Shown piece by piece: positions 1 through 8,600 of a stretch of DNA of 64,000 nt. The notes under the pieces are model-generated. The model worked only from the letters and a program-made list of their open reading frames with translations. It was not told where the DNA came from and searched no databases. Where the stretch lies: NCBI GenBank assembly GCA_030446775.1, contig JAUJMQ010000007.1, positions 5,569 through 69,568 on the forward strand, written 5' to 3'. A program made the position numbers and the translations under genes. Origin of the DNA: Egibacteraceae bacterium (lineage in GTDB: Bacteria > Actinomycetota > Nitriliruptoria > Euzebyales > Egibacteraceae). Position 1 is the stretch's first letter. Each line of letters starts with the position of its first letter.

Positions 1-501
1 CCAGCGGTGCTGGGCGGTCCACACCCTGCTGACGGCGGCGTGCCGCAACTCATCGCGGCGCGTCATGCGGAAGAAGGCGGTTGCCGCCGGCGACCGTCGC
101 TGCGGGTCGGCTGCAACCCTGGGAGGCGCATCACCCGCTGGACGCGTTGCGGTTGACCGGCTGGCCCCGCTGCCGCGCCGCCAGCGCCGCGACGATCCGT
201 GTGCCGTCGGTGGGATGCGCCTTGGCGATCTCGACGATCACGTCGTCGCCGGGATGGCCACGCCCGGGAACAACCTGCTGCGGGCGACACGCTCGTTCAC
301 TCCCAGCCCCGCTCGGCAGTTGCCTCCCACGGCTTCGCCAACCCGGCTTGGCCGCCCTCCAGCGGCCGGTCGAGCCGCTGGTGGTACAGCGTCTCGGCGA
401 TCTCGTACTCCCGGGACGCGTCGGGGACGCCGCAGCCCCGCCAGCACATTCTCGGTCTTCTGCTCCGCGCTGAACTGCCGGTACTTGCGCTTCTCGCTCA
501 T
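1..501 (-). pseudogene. IS3-family transposase orfA/orfB with at least 3 frame breaks, 3-prime partial
   Basis: OrfA starts at ATG 501 and stops at TGA 297-299 only after a 1-nt shift. The orfB pieces lie in three different frames (see ORFs 63..290 and 238..564). Confidence 0.55.
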
Positions 502-560
502 CCAGCCCTTACGGCGGTCAGAGCGACGATCCTCGCCCAAGCCCGCCGGCCAGAGCAACG
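1..560 (-). mobile_element. IS3-family insertion sequence remnant, truncated by the window edge
   Basis: Minus-strand reading from ATG 501 gives MSEKRKYRQFSAEQKTE.VLAGLR, then after a frame break SREYEIAETLYHQRLDRPLEGGQAGLA (IS3/IS911-type OrfA HTH). Downstream fragments VIVEIAKAHPTDGTRIVAALAARQRGQPVNR, RVQRVMRLPGLQPTR and FFRMTRRDELRHA..VWTAQHRW resemble the start of an IS3 OrfB and run off position 1. No terminal inverted repeat was identified, so the outer boundary (501-620) is uncertain. Confidence 0.6.
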
Positions 561-729
561 TCAACGTCGTCTCGGGGTCCAGGTCACAACCGTCGGCAGC
601 GGCGACTCTCGAGCAGAGGCCATGTCGGTCTCCGACCCCGACAGCGCCGGTCTATGAAGCGGCGCAGCACAAGCTCGCGGCGCATGAACCGCCACACGAG
701 CAGCAGCAGCTCGGCGTCACCTGCACTCG

Positions 730-2862
730 TTACGCGGGCGTGGGCATCAATGCGGGTGTGCTGGAGCGCGCGATCCAGGCAGGGAGCTGCTCGGCGGGCA
801 GCGGGGGGGCGAACAGGTAGCCCTGGCCGTGCTCGCAGGCGAGAGCGCGGAGTCGCTGCAGCTGCTCGGGATTCTCGATGCCCTCAGCGACGCTTTTTAG
901 CCCGAGTGCAGCGATCAGGCCGATGACTCCTTCGACCAGCGCCCGCTTTCGGGGGTCGGCGCCTACGAGGCCGTTAACGAAGGACTTGTCGATCTTGACG
1001 AGGTCGACCGGGAGTTGGTGCAGGTAGCTCAGGGAGGAGTAGCCGGTGCCGAAGTCGTCGATCGCGATCCGCACCCCGATCCGCTTCAACGACTCCAGTC
1101 GCGCGGCCATCGCGGCGAGATCCTGCAGGAGCACGCTTTCGGTGATCTCCAGGACGAGCCGCGACGGTTGCAGGCCGGTGGCCGACAGCGCCGCTCGAAC
1201 ATCGTCGACGAACGCCGCGGACTCGAGCTGCCGTCCGGAGACGTTGACCGTCACCGCGGGCGCCTCCCACGGTGCATGCTCGTCGTCGTACCGCCGCGTC
1301 TGCGCGCACGCCTCGTGCACGACCCACCGCCCGATGTCCAGGATGAGGCCGGTCTCCTCCGCCAGGGGGATGAACTCCAGCGGCGGCACCAGCCCGAGAG
1401 ACGGATGGCGCCAGCGCAAAAGGGCCTCGAACGCACGGGTCCGCCCGCTGTCCAGGTTGACGATCGGCTGGTAGAGGACGTGCAGCTCACCATCGTCCAG
1501 CGCCCGCCGCAGGTCGCTCTTCAGCTGCACCCGCCGGGCGATCTGCCCGGTCATCCGCGGATCAAAGCGCTCGTAGCGGCCCTTCCCGCGCCGTTTGGCG
1601 GCGTAAAGCGCGGCGTCGGCGTCGCGCAGGAGGTCCTCCGGCGGCTCGCCGGGTGTTGCGACGGCGGCGCCGACAGATGCGCCGGTGATTACCTGCCGGT
1701 CGCAGATCGCCACCGGCTGGCGCACCGCGGCCAGGATGCGATCCGCCACCTCGGACAGCTCTTGTTCGCTCTGGCAGTCCGACAGCACGATCGCGAACTC
1801 GTCGCCGCCCAGTCGCGCGACCGTGTCGCCGCCGCGAACGCAGTCGCGCAGCCGGCCGGCGACGGCCACCAGGAGGGCGTCCCCCGCGCTGTGGCCCATA
1901 CTGTCGTTGACCGACTTGAAGTCGTCGAGGTCCAACATCAGGACCGCCGGGGGGCCGCTCGACGACCTCATCCGCGCCAGCCGCCGCTCGACACGGTCGA
2001 GGAACAGCGCACGGTTGGCAAGCCCCGTCAGCGGGTCGTGGAAGGCCTGGAACGTCAGCTGGTCCTGCAGGCGAGTGCGCTCGGTCACGTCGCGCAGGCT
2101 CAAGACGATCCCGTCCACCGCCGGGTCCCCCAGGAGGTTCTCGACGCTTGCCTCCACGTTCCGCCACGACCCGTCGTGGTGGCGCAGACGGCAGTGCAGG
2201 GTGGAGGAGGAGCGGGGCTCGACCGCGGACTCCGCGAGGACGGCGATGACCCGGTCGCGGTCGTCATGGTGGACCACCGCGGGCAGCGGAGCGCCGACCA
2301 GCGCACCTTCCCGGTAGCCGAACACCCGCTCGACCAGGCCGCTTTGGTACCGGACCACCCCGTCCCGGTCGACGATCGTGACCACGCCGCCCGAGTACTC
2401 CACCAGCCCACGCAGCCGGGAGGAATGCCGCCTCATGAAGTGGTAGCCCGCGACGACGAGCAGCATCGTCGCGGTGCTGATGGCCCAGGTCAGGGACCGC
2501 TCGCTGGGGGGCAGCTTCACCAGTCCAAACGCGACCGCCGCCGAACAGATCAAGGCGTGCACCAGCGCCGCGCGTGTGCCGTAGAAGAACACGGCGAACA
2601 GGACGACCCAGATGTAGATCATCACGTACAAGATGCTGAGGTACGTGCCTCCTGCCATGGAGATCACCCATGCGACGAGCACGGTACCGATCACCGACGT
2701 GGCGTGGCTCAGCGCGATGGTGTAGCGGTGGCGCAACAGCAAGATCACGACGGCGGCGGCGAGCGCGACGGCGCCCACGGCGATGATCCCGCCCCGGTTG
2801 ACCACGGCCGGCGGCACGGGCAGCATCGACAGGGCGGTGAGCACCGCCCCCGACGCGTACAT
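730..2862 (-). CDS. Membrane-anchored PAS-GGDEF-EAL cyclic-di-GMP signalling protein
   Basis: Part of ORF 730..3720. There are several TM helices after MYASGAV, then a PAS-like segment. GGDEF motif: ARLGGDEFAIVL. EAL domain: FEALLRWRHP, DDFGTGYSSLSYL, KIDKSF. The start is taken at ATG 2862 and an upstream GTG is possible; the long N-terminal extension of the ORF looks non-coding. Confidence 0.85.
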   Translation of the reverse strand: MYASGAVLTALSMLPVPPAVVNRGGIIAVGAVALAAAVVILLLRHRYTIALSHATSVIGTVLVAWVISMAGGTYLSILYVMIYIWVVLFAVFFYGTRAALVHALICSAAVAFGLVKLPPSERSLTWAISTATMLLVVAGYHFMRRHSSRLRGLVEYSGGVVTIVDRDGVVRYQSGLVERVFGYREGALVGAPLPAVVHHDDRDRVIAVLAESAVEPRSSSTLHCRLRHHDGSWRNVEASVENLLGDPAVDGIVLSLRDVTERTRLQDQLTFQAFHDPLTGLANRALFLDRVERRLARMRSSSGPPAVLMLDLDDFKSVNDSMGHSAGDALLVAVAGRLRDCVRGGDTVARLGGDEFAIVLSDCQSEQELSEVADRILAAVRQPVAICDRQVITGASVGAAVATPGEPPEDLLRDADAALYAAKRRGKGRYERFDPRMTGQIARRVQLKSDLRRALDDGELHVLYQPIVNLDSGRTRAFEALLRWRHPSLGLVPPLEFIPLAEETGLILDIGRWVVHEACAQTRRYDDEHAPWEAPAVTVNVSGRQLESAAFVDDVRAALSATGLQPSRLVLEITESVLLQDLAAMAARLESLKRIGVRIAIDDFGTGYSSLSYLHQLPVDLVKIDKSFVNGLVGADPRKRALVEGVIGLIAALGLKSVAEGIENPEQLQRLRALACEHGQGYLFAPPLPAEQLPAWIARSSTPALMPTPA

Positions 2863-3279
2863 GAGCGCCGCCACCCGCGAGCGCGCCCGCCAGCCGCCGC
2901 CTTCGCTGTCCACGACCTGCCCCCGGTTCGGTAACGGTCTACGGAGACAGTTGTCGGCATTCCGGGCTGCTGCCTGAGCGCCGCTGAAACGGAAGTACCT
3001 CCCACCCCAAGCGCCAACCCCCGACCGGTGCCCGCCGGTCTCGTGGTGCACGCCGGTCGAGCCCAGCCGCGGCCGCCGACCGCCAGCAGCGCGACCGCGA
3101 TGGCAACGGGAACGCCTGACCAAGCCCTTCCCTGTTCCACGTGACACCGCACCTCTGGCGCGGCCAGGGGCGCGACCGAGCGAGGGAAGTCCGGTCGACG
3201 GGGGCGGAGGCGACGTCTCCTGCCGTCCAGGTTCTTGACGAAGAACTCCCAACGCGAGCTCACGGGCGCCCGCACGTGT

Positions 3280-3324
3280 GAACCGCCCCGGGTTCGGAGC
3301 CTCCACCCGAACCAGGGCGGGTTC
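3280..3324 (+). promoter_or_regulatory. Two adjacent GAACC-N6-GGTTC dyads (candidate operator or paired hairpins) upstream of the TasA-like gene
   Basis: gaaccgccccgggttc lies at 3280-3295 and gaaccagggcgggttc at 3309-3324, 29 nt centre to centre and about 140-180 nt upstream of GTG 3461. Confidence 0.3.
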
Positions 3325-3460
3325 AGCTTGTGGCGCACTAAAGGAGGCAGCCAGATCCACCGAAGGACCGAATGTCGTGACGGTCGCCGTCGCGTGAGGA
3401 CTCAAGCAAGCAGGTCGCTGCCACGGCGGCGCACCGGCGTGACCAGACCAGGAGAACCAA

Positions 3461-4081
3461 GTGGAGCACGCACTTCTCAGCCCCCGCCCGAGTCGCAGGC
3501 TCTGGCAGTCGGGCGTCAGCTTCGCGCTGGCCGTCGCGACGCTCACCATCGCCGTAACGGGCGCGATCTTCACCGACACCGATAGCCGCGGCGGGAACAC
3601 GTTGAGCACCGGCACGGTGGACATCTCAACCGGCGCCACCACCGCGATCGTGAGTTTTTCGAACATGGCGCCGGGCGACACGACCGGTCCCAAGACGCTG
3701 ACCGTTTCCAACAACGGCACTCTGCAGCTGCGCTATGCGATCACCAGCACGGCCACGAACGCCGACGGCAAGAACCTCGCCGGAGAACTGGATCTGACGG
3801 TGTGGGCGGAGTCGGCCGAGGTCGGCGGCACGGTCGGTACCTGCGAGACTCCCACCTCGCCGCTGTACAACGCACTCGCGCTGGGCACCACTACCGGCAC
3901 CAACATCGTCGGCGACCCCACGCAGGGAGCGCACACCGGTGACCGCACGCTCAACGCCAGTGCGAGCGAAAAGCTGTGCTTCAAGGTCGACTTGCCCTTG
4001 CTGACGAGCAACCTCTTCCAAGGCGCCTCGACCACCGCGACGTTCGACTTCAAGGCGGAGCAGATGGCCAACAACGCCTGA
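3461..4081 (+). CDS. TasA/camelysin-like secreted protein with a SipW-dependent-type signal peptide
   Basis: GTG start preceded by AGGAGAA. The N-terminus has a TM segment plus GAIFTDTDSRGGNTLSTGTVDIS, matching the B. subtilis TasA signal region pattern (A-x-F-x-D ... S-G-T-L/V-D). It lies directly upstream of a SipW-type peptidase. Confidence 0.8.
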   Translation: MEHALLSPRPSRRLWQSGVSFALAVATLTIAVTGAIFTDTDSRGGNTLSTGTVDISTGATTAIVSFSNMAPGDTTGPKTLTVSNNGTLQLRYAITSTATNADGKNLAGELDLTVWAESAEVGGTVGTCETPTSPLYNALALGTTTGTNIVGDPTQGAHTGDRTLNASASEKLCFKVDLPLLTSNLFQGASTTATFDFKAEQMANNA

Positions 4082-4161
4082 GCTGGGTCCGGGGGGCGGG
4101 CGACTGCCCCCCGGACTTTTTCTTCCAGCCCGGCTTCGCCGTCGCGCAAGCGGGGACAGAC

Positions 4162-4893
4162 ATGACGCTCAACGCAGAAACCAGGCGGCACGGCAACTCG
4201 ACGGGCTGGCGACGCACCCGCGCGGTGCGTCTCGCCCGCTCGTCGCTGCAGTTGGTGATCACCGTTGTCGCCGGCCTGCTCACAGTATTCGCTCTTCTGC
4301 CTGCCGCCGGCCATGAGGTGATGGTCGTCACCAGCGGCAGCATGGCGCCGATGTTCACAGCCGGCGACGCAGTTGTCCTGAGCAAGACAACGCCGCGCGA
4401 CGTCGCGATTGGCGACGTCATCACCTTCCAGGGCTACGGGACGAGGGCGCTGACGACCCACCGTGTCGTCGGCCAGCGCCTGGTCGGCGGGCGGCTGCAC
4501 TTCCAGACCAAGGGGGACGCCAACACCACCGTCGATCCCAACCTCGCCCCCGCCCACGGTCTGCAGGGTCGCGTCGTCGCCGTACTCCCCAACGCGGGCC
4601 GAGGCATGTTGCTGCTGCGAGACCCATGGGTGCGACTGGGCCTCCTGGGCGGTCCCAGCCTGTTGACCCTCGCCGGTCTCGCTCGCCAGACGGCCGTGTC
4701 GGCCCGGGCTCAGGGTGAGTCGACCAAGGCCCATCCATGGTCGCGGCGACTACTGCGTAGCGGCGTCGCCGCTTGCCTTTTGCTTTCCGCCGTCTCCGCT
4801 GGCGTGATCGTCACGACCCAGCTCACTGCCGCGACGCTGGCAGACCAACAACCCGTCGGCGACAACACCTTCACCACCAAGACACTCCTGTGA
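4162..4893 (+). CDS. sipW: Signal peptidase I, SipW (archaeal/ER S26B) type, with an aberrant C-terminal extension
   Basis: ATG 4162. A TM segment is followed by VVTSGSMAPMF (catalytic Ser box), HRVV and TKGDAN motifs. The C-terminal 45 aa form a second signal-peptide-like segment ending AATLADQQPVGDNTFTTKTLL-stop (see findings). Confidence 0.8.
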   Translation: MTLNAETRRHGNSTGWRRTRAVRLARSSLQLVITVVAGLLTVFALLPAAGHEVMVVTSGSMAPMFTAGDAVVLSKTTPRDVAIGDVITFQGYGTRALTTHRVVGQRLVGGRLHFQTKGDANTTVDPNLAPAHGLQGRVVAVLPNAGRGMLLLRDPWVRLGLLGGPSLLTLAGLARQTAVSARAQGESTKAHPWSRRLLRSGVAACLLLSAVSAGVIVTTQLTAATLADQQPVGDNTFTTKTLL

Positions 4894-4963
4894 CACCCGC
4901 CTCCGCGTGACACAGGTCCTCCAGCGCGCGTCCCACACCTAGCCGTCGGGTGACCAGGACATA

Positions 4964-5086
4964 TTACGAAGAGTGTTCAAGGTCCACGGCCAGCAAGTCG
5001 AGTCCAACGTCTTTCTCCAGCTGGGGGTCGCCCACCGCAGCCAGGCGATCGTCAAGGCACGCGACGCCGGCACGGGCGACCCGTAG
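4964..5086 (+). pseudogene. Orphan C-terminal fragment of a LuxR/NarL-type HTH regulator
   Basis: The translation LRRVFKVHGQQVESNVFLQLGVAHRSQAIVKARDAGTGDP-stop resembles the end of a LuxR-type HTH (..TVKVH......KLGV..R.QAV..A...G). No N-terminal part or start codon is present. The preceding sequence is locally AT-richer. Confidence 0.35.
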
Positions 5087-5186
5087 GCGTCGCGACACCT
5101 CCCGGCCCGCGTGGGTCTGCGGTCCCATGACAGCGGGACACCGCCCGGGGCACCGTCACGGCATCGCAACGGAGCCCGGAGGTGCC

Positions 5187-5591
5187 ATGAACGCGCAAGC
5201 CCTGCCCCAGACCAGCACGACACTCACCCGAGTGGGCGCCGTCGCCGCCATCGCCACGGGCGTCGCCCTCATCACCAAGGTCACCGTCGCGGTCGTGACG
5301 GCGGGCCAGGTCGATGCCGCCGTGACCGGCACCCTGTACGTCGCCGGCATGGCGCTGCCGCTGATCGCCGCGGCGGGCATCGCCTCCGCGCTCGGCGGCG
5401 GCTGGCCCAAGATGATCGCCGTGTTCGGGGCGATCCTGCTCGCCCACGCGATGTACGTCACCACGCTGTCCGACGGCGTCGGCGCGCTGGTCGAGCAGTT
5501 CACCGACGAGGCGTACCTGGCAGTCCTGGGGTCGGTGTGGTTGATCCTGGGCTTCGCCCTGCGCCGCCGGCTGGACGCAGCGGTCGGCTGA
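5187..5591 (+). CDS. Hypothetical integral membrane protein (about 4 TM)
   Basis: ATG 5187 follows GGAGCCCGGAGG. The product is hydrophobic (VGAVAAIATGVALITKV.., GMALPLIAAAGIASALGGGW.., IAVFGAILLAHAMYV.., LAVLGSVWLILGFAL) with high GC3. Confidence 0.6.
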   Translation: MNAQALPQTSTTLTRVGAVAAIATGVALITKVTVAVVTAGQVDAAVTGTLYVAGMALPLIAAAGIASALGGGWPKMIAVFGAILLAHAMYVTTLSDGVGALVEQFTDEAYLAVLGSVWLILGFALRRRLDAAVG

Positions 5592-5671
5592 CCGTACTTC
5601 GCAGCCTCGGGCACTCGTCCGTCGCCACCGACCGGCCCGGGACCCCACGGTTCGCGGGCCTGTGGCGGCGG

Positions 5672-8600
5672 CTACCCGGCGGCGGCTATCCGGCGTCGGG
5701 GCAGCTGCGGGCGTACGGGCGCTGCGCGCCGACGAGGGAGTTCCACTCCGACAGGGCAGCTGCGGGCGTACGGGCGCTGCGCGCCGACGAGGGAGTTCCA
5801 CTCCGACACGGTGAGGTTGCGGTTGGCGACGGTGCAGGCCCGCCGGCGCCAGGACTCGCGGTCGAGGTCCCACAGGATGATCCGCTGGTCCTCCGCGCCG
5901 GAGGCCAGCGCTCGGCCGTCGGGGCGGTAGGCCACGGTCCGGATGACCGACTCGTGCCCCGCCAGCGGCTCGCCGATCCGGACCCGCGAGGCCGCGTCCC
6001 ACAGGATGATCGTCCGATCCAGGCTCCCGGACGCGAACGTCGTCCCGTCGGGGCTGAACGCCAGAGCGAAGATGGGCCCGTCGTGGCTGGTCAGCGGCTC
6101 CCCCAGCGGGCGACCCGACTCCAGGTCCCAGACGTAGATCCGCCCGTCGTTCCCGCCGGAGGCGAGCACCCGCCCGTCGGGACTGAAGTCCAGCGTTCGC
6201 ACCGCCAGGTCGTGAGCCCTGAGCGGGGCACCGATGGGGCCCCCAGTCGTGACGTCCCACAGCCGCACGGTCCGGTCGTCGCCGGCGGAGGCCAACCTCG
6301 CGCCGTCCGGACTGAAGGCCACGGCAAGCACGGGCCCCTCGTGGCCGCGCAGGGGGCCGCCGCGCGGGCGCCCGGAGGGTATGTCTCGGAGGACGATCGC
6401 CCCCTTGTCGTCCACAGTGGCGAGCGTGCCGCCGTCCGGGCTGAGCGCTCCCGAAACGAGCGGCCGATCCCCGGGGAGGGCAACTGGCCGGGAATCGCGC
6501 CGCCCGCGGAAGTGCTGCAGGACGACGCTGCCGTCCTCGGCCCACGACACCACGCGTTGCTGGTCCGGCGTGAGCGTCACGCCGCTGACGGGCGCCTCGT
6601 GGCCACGCAGCCGTCGGCTCCCGGCCCGCCCGCCCTCGGGGTCCCACACCCGCAGGCTGCCGTCCTGAGCGCCCGAGACCAGCGTCCCGTCGGAGGAGAA
6701 CACGACGTCGCGTACCCAGTCGGCATGGCCGCCCAGCGGCCGCAGCAGCCCGGACGGCGCGACGGTGTCCCACAGCACGACGGTGCCGTCGTTGCTTCCC
6801 GACGCCAGCGTGCGACCATCCGGCGCGAACGCGACGCTGCGCACCGGGCCGCCGTGGCCATCCAGGGACGGCTCGACCTGCGCCCTCGTCTGCAGGTCCC
6901 ACAACACCACCCTGGAGCTGTCGGTGCCCGCCGCCAGCATGCGGCCGTCCGGGCGGTAGGTGACACTGCGGATCCGGTCGTCGTCGCCGAACAACGGTGC
7001 ACCCAGAGCCGTCCCGTCAGAGACGTTCCACAGCCGGATAGTCCCGTCGTCGCCACCGGAGGCGATCGTCCGGCCGTCGGGCGCGAAGGCCACCGTCCGC
7101 ACAGGTCCGGTGTGCCCCGTCAGCGGCGATCCGTGACGGCGACCGGTCTGGACGTCCCAGACCAGGATCACCCCGCCGGCACCCGCGGCGGCGACGAGGC
7201 GTCCGTCCGGGCTGAACGCCACGCTCGTGACCGGCGTGTCGAGGCCCGCGAGCGGCTCCCCGGACGGTCTGCCCGCGGCCAGGTCCCACAGGATGACGCT
7301 GCCGTCGTCGCCGCCGGAGGCCAGCACCCCGCCGTCGGGGTGCACCGCGATGGTCCGGACGGCGCCGACGTGGCCGCGCAGCGGCTCGCGGGACTCCCGG
7401 CGTGCCCGCACGTCCCAGGAGCGGATCGTCCCGTCGAGGCTGCCGGACAGCAGCGTGCTGCCCTCCGGGGTGAAGGCGACGGCCTCCACCGGTCCTGTGT
7501 GCCCGGCGAGGGGTTCACCCAGCCGCTGGCCGCCGTCGACCTCCCACAAGAAGACCGTGCCGTGATCGCTGCCGGTGGCCAGCAGCGTGCCGCCGGCGTC
7601 GAAGGCCACCGCGGGTGCCCGCCCCGCGTGGCCGTTGAGGAAGGCGCGGATGGCTCTGCTGCGATCGAGCCCGGCGAGCAGCGCGCTGTAGCCCTCGACG
7701 TGGTTGCGGTGACGCAACGACTCCAGCGCGAGCAGCAGGGAGCGGTCGAGCCGGTCGGCCAGCTCGTCGACGGCACGGGCGGCCAGGTAGCGGTCGGTGG
7801 CGACACTCGCCTGGAACCCGGCCCGTCGGCTCCACACGACGGCCTGCGAGCCGGCGACCAGCGACAGCACGAGAAGGACGGCGAAGCCCGTGGCCAGCCG
7901 GCGCATCCGCCGAGCGGTCCGCAGTCGCTGCGCGGCCTGCCTGCGCGCCTCCGACAGCTCCACCGCAGCAGCCTCACGGCTGGCCTCGAGGAAGTCGCAC
8001 TCCAGGGCCGTCAGCTCACCGACGTGCTGGTCATACCACGAGATGGCCGCGGCCAGCCTGGCTCCGCGGTACAGGGAGCCCGGGTCACGACCGAGCGCGT
8101 GCCAGTCATGGCTGTCCTCGGCGATCTGCCGCTGCACGCGCAGGGACTCCCTGTCGTCCTCGATCCACCGGCCCAGAGTGGGCCATCCGGCGATGAGCGC
8201 CTCGTGTGCCAGGTCGACCCTGGGACCCAGGTCACCTTCGCCGGCCGACAGGGTCAACAGTCGCGAAGCCGCGAGATGGCGCAACGTGCGGTCGAACAGC
8301 CGTGGGTCGTCGGCCGCGGCTCGCAGATGCTCCACCGGCTGCTGCCGGCGTGTGTCGTCGCGGCCGTCGCCGACCTGCACGAGCCGCAGCAGGATCCGCC
8401 GTGCCACCTCGCGTTCGGCCGGCGGCAGCTCGGCGAGCGTGGCGTCCGCCTTCGTCGCCAGCGCCACGGCCAGGCCGCTCACGCCGTCGCGGCCGAGCGA
8501 CTCGTAGCTGTCGAGGGTCAACCGGTGGCCGTCCCGGCGCTCCCACAGCAGGACCATCGTCTCCTGGACCAGCGGCAGCACACCGGGTTCCTGGGCGGCG

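Noticed and set aside
65-820. 251-aa plus-strand ORF at the window start
   Set aside because: It is antisense to the IS3 transposase fragments and runs into the 3-prime end of the GGDEF-EAL gene. It shows no motifs.
4887-4916. Terminator after sipW (cctgtg...cacagg, with a GTGACAC direct repeat)
   Set aside because: The stem is only 6 bp, the loop is 18 nt and there is no T tract. This is too weak to call.
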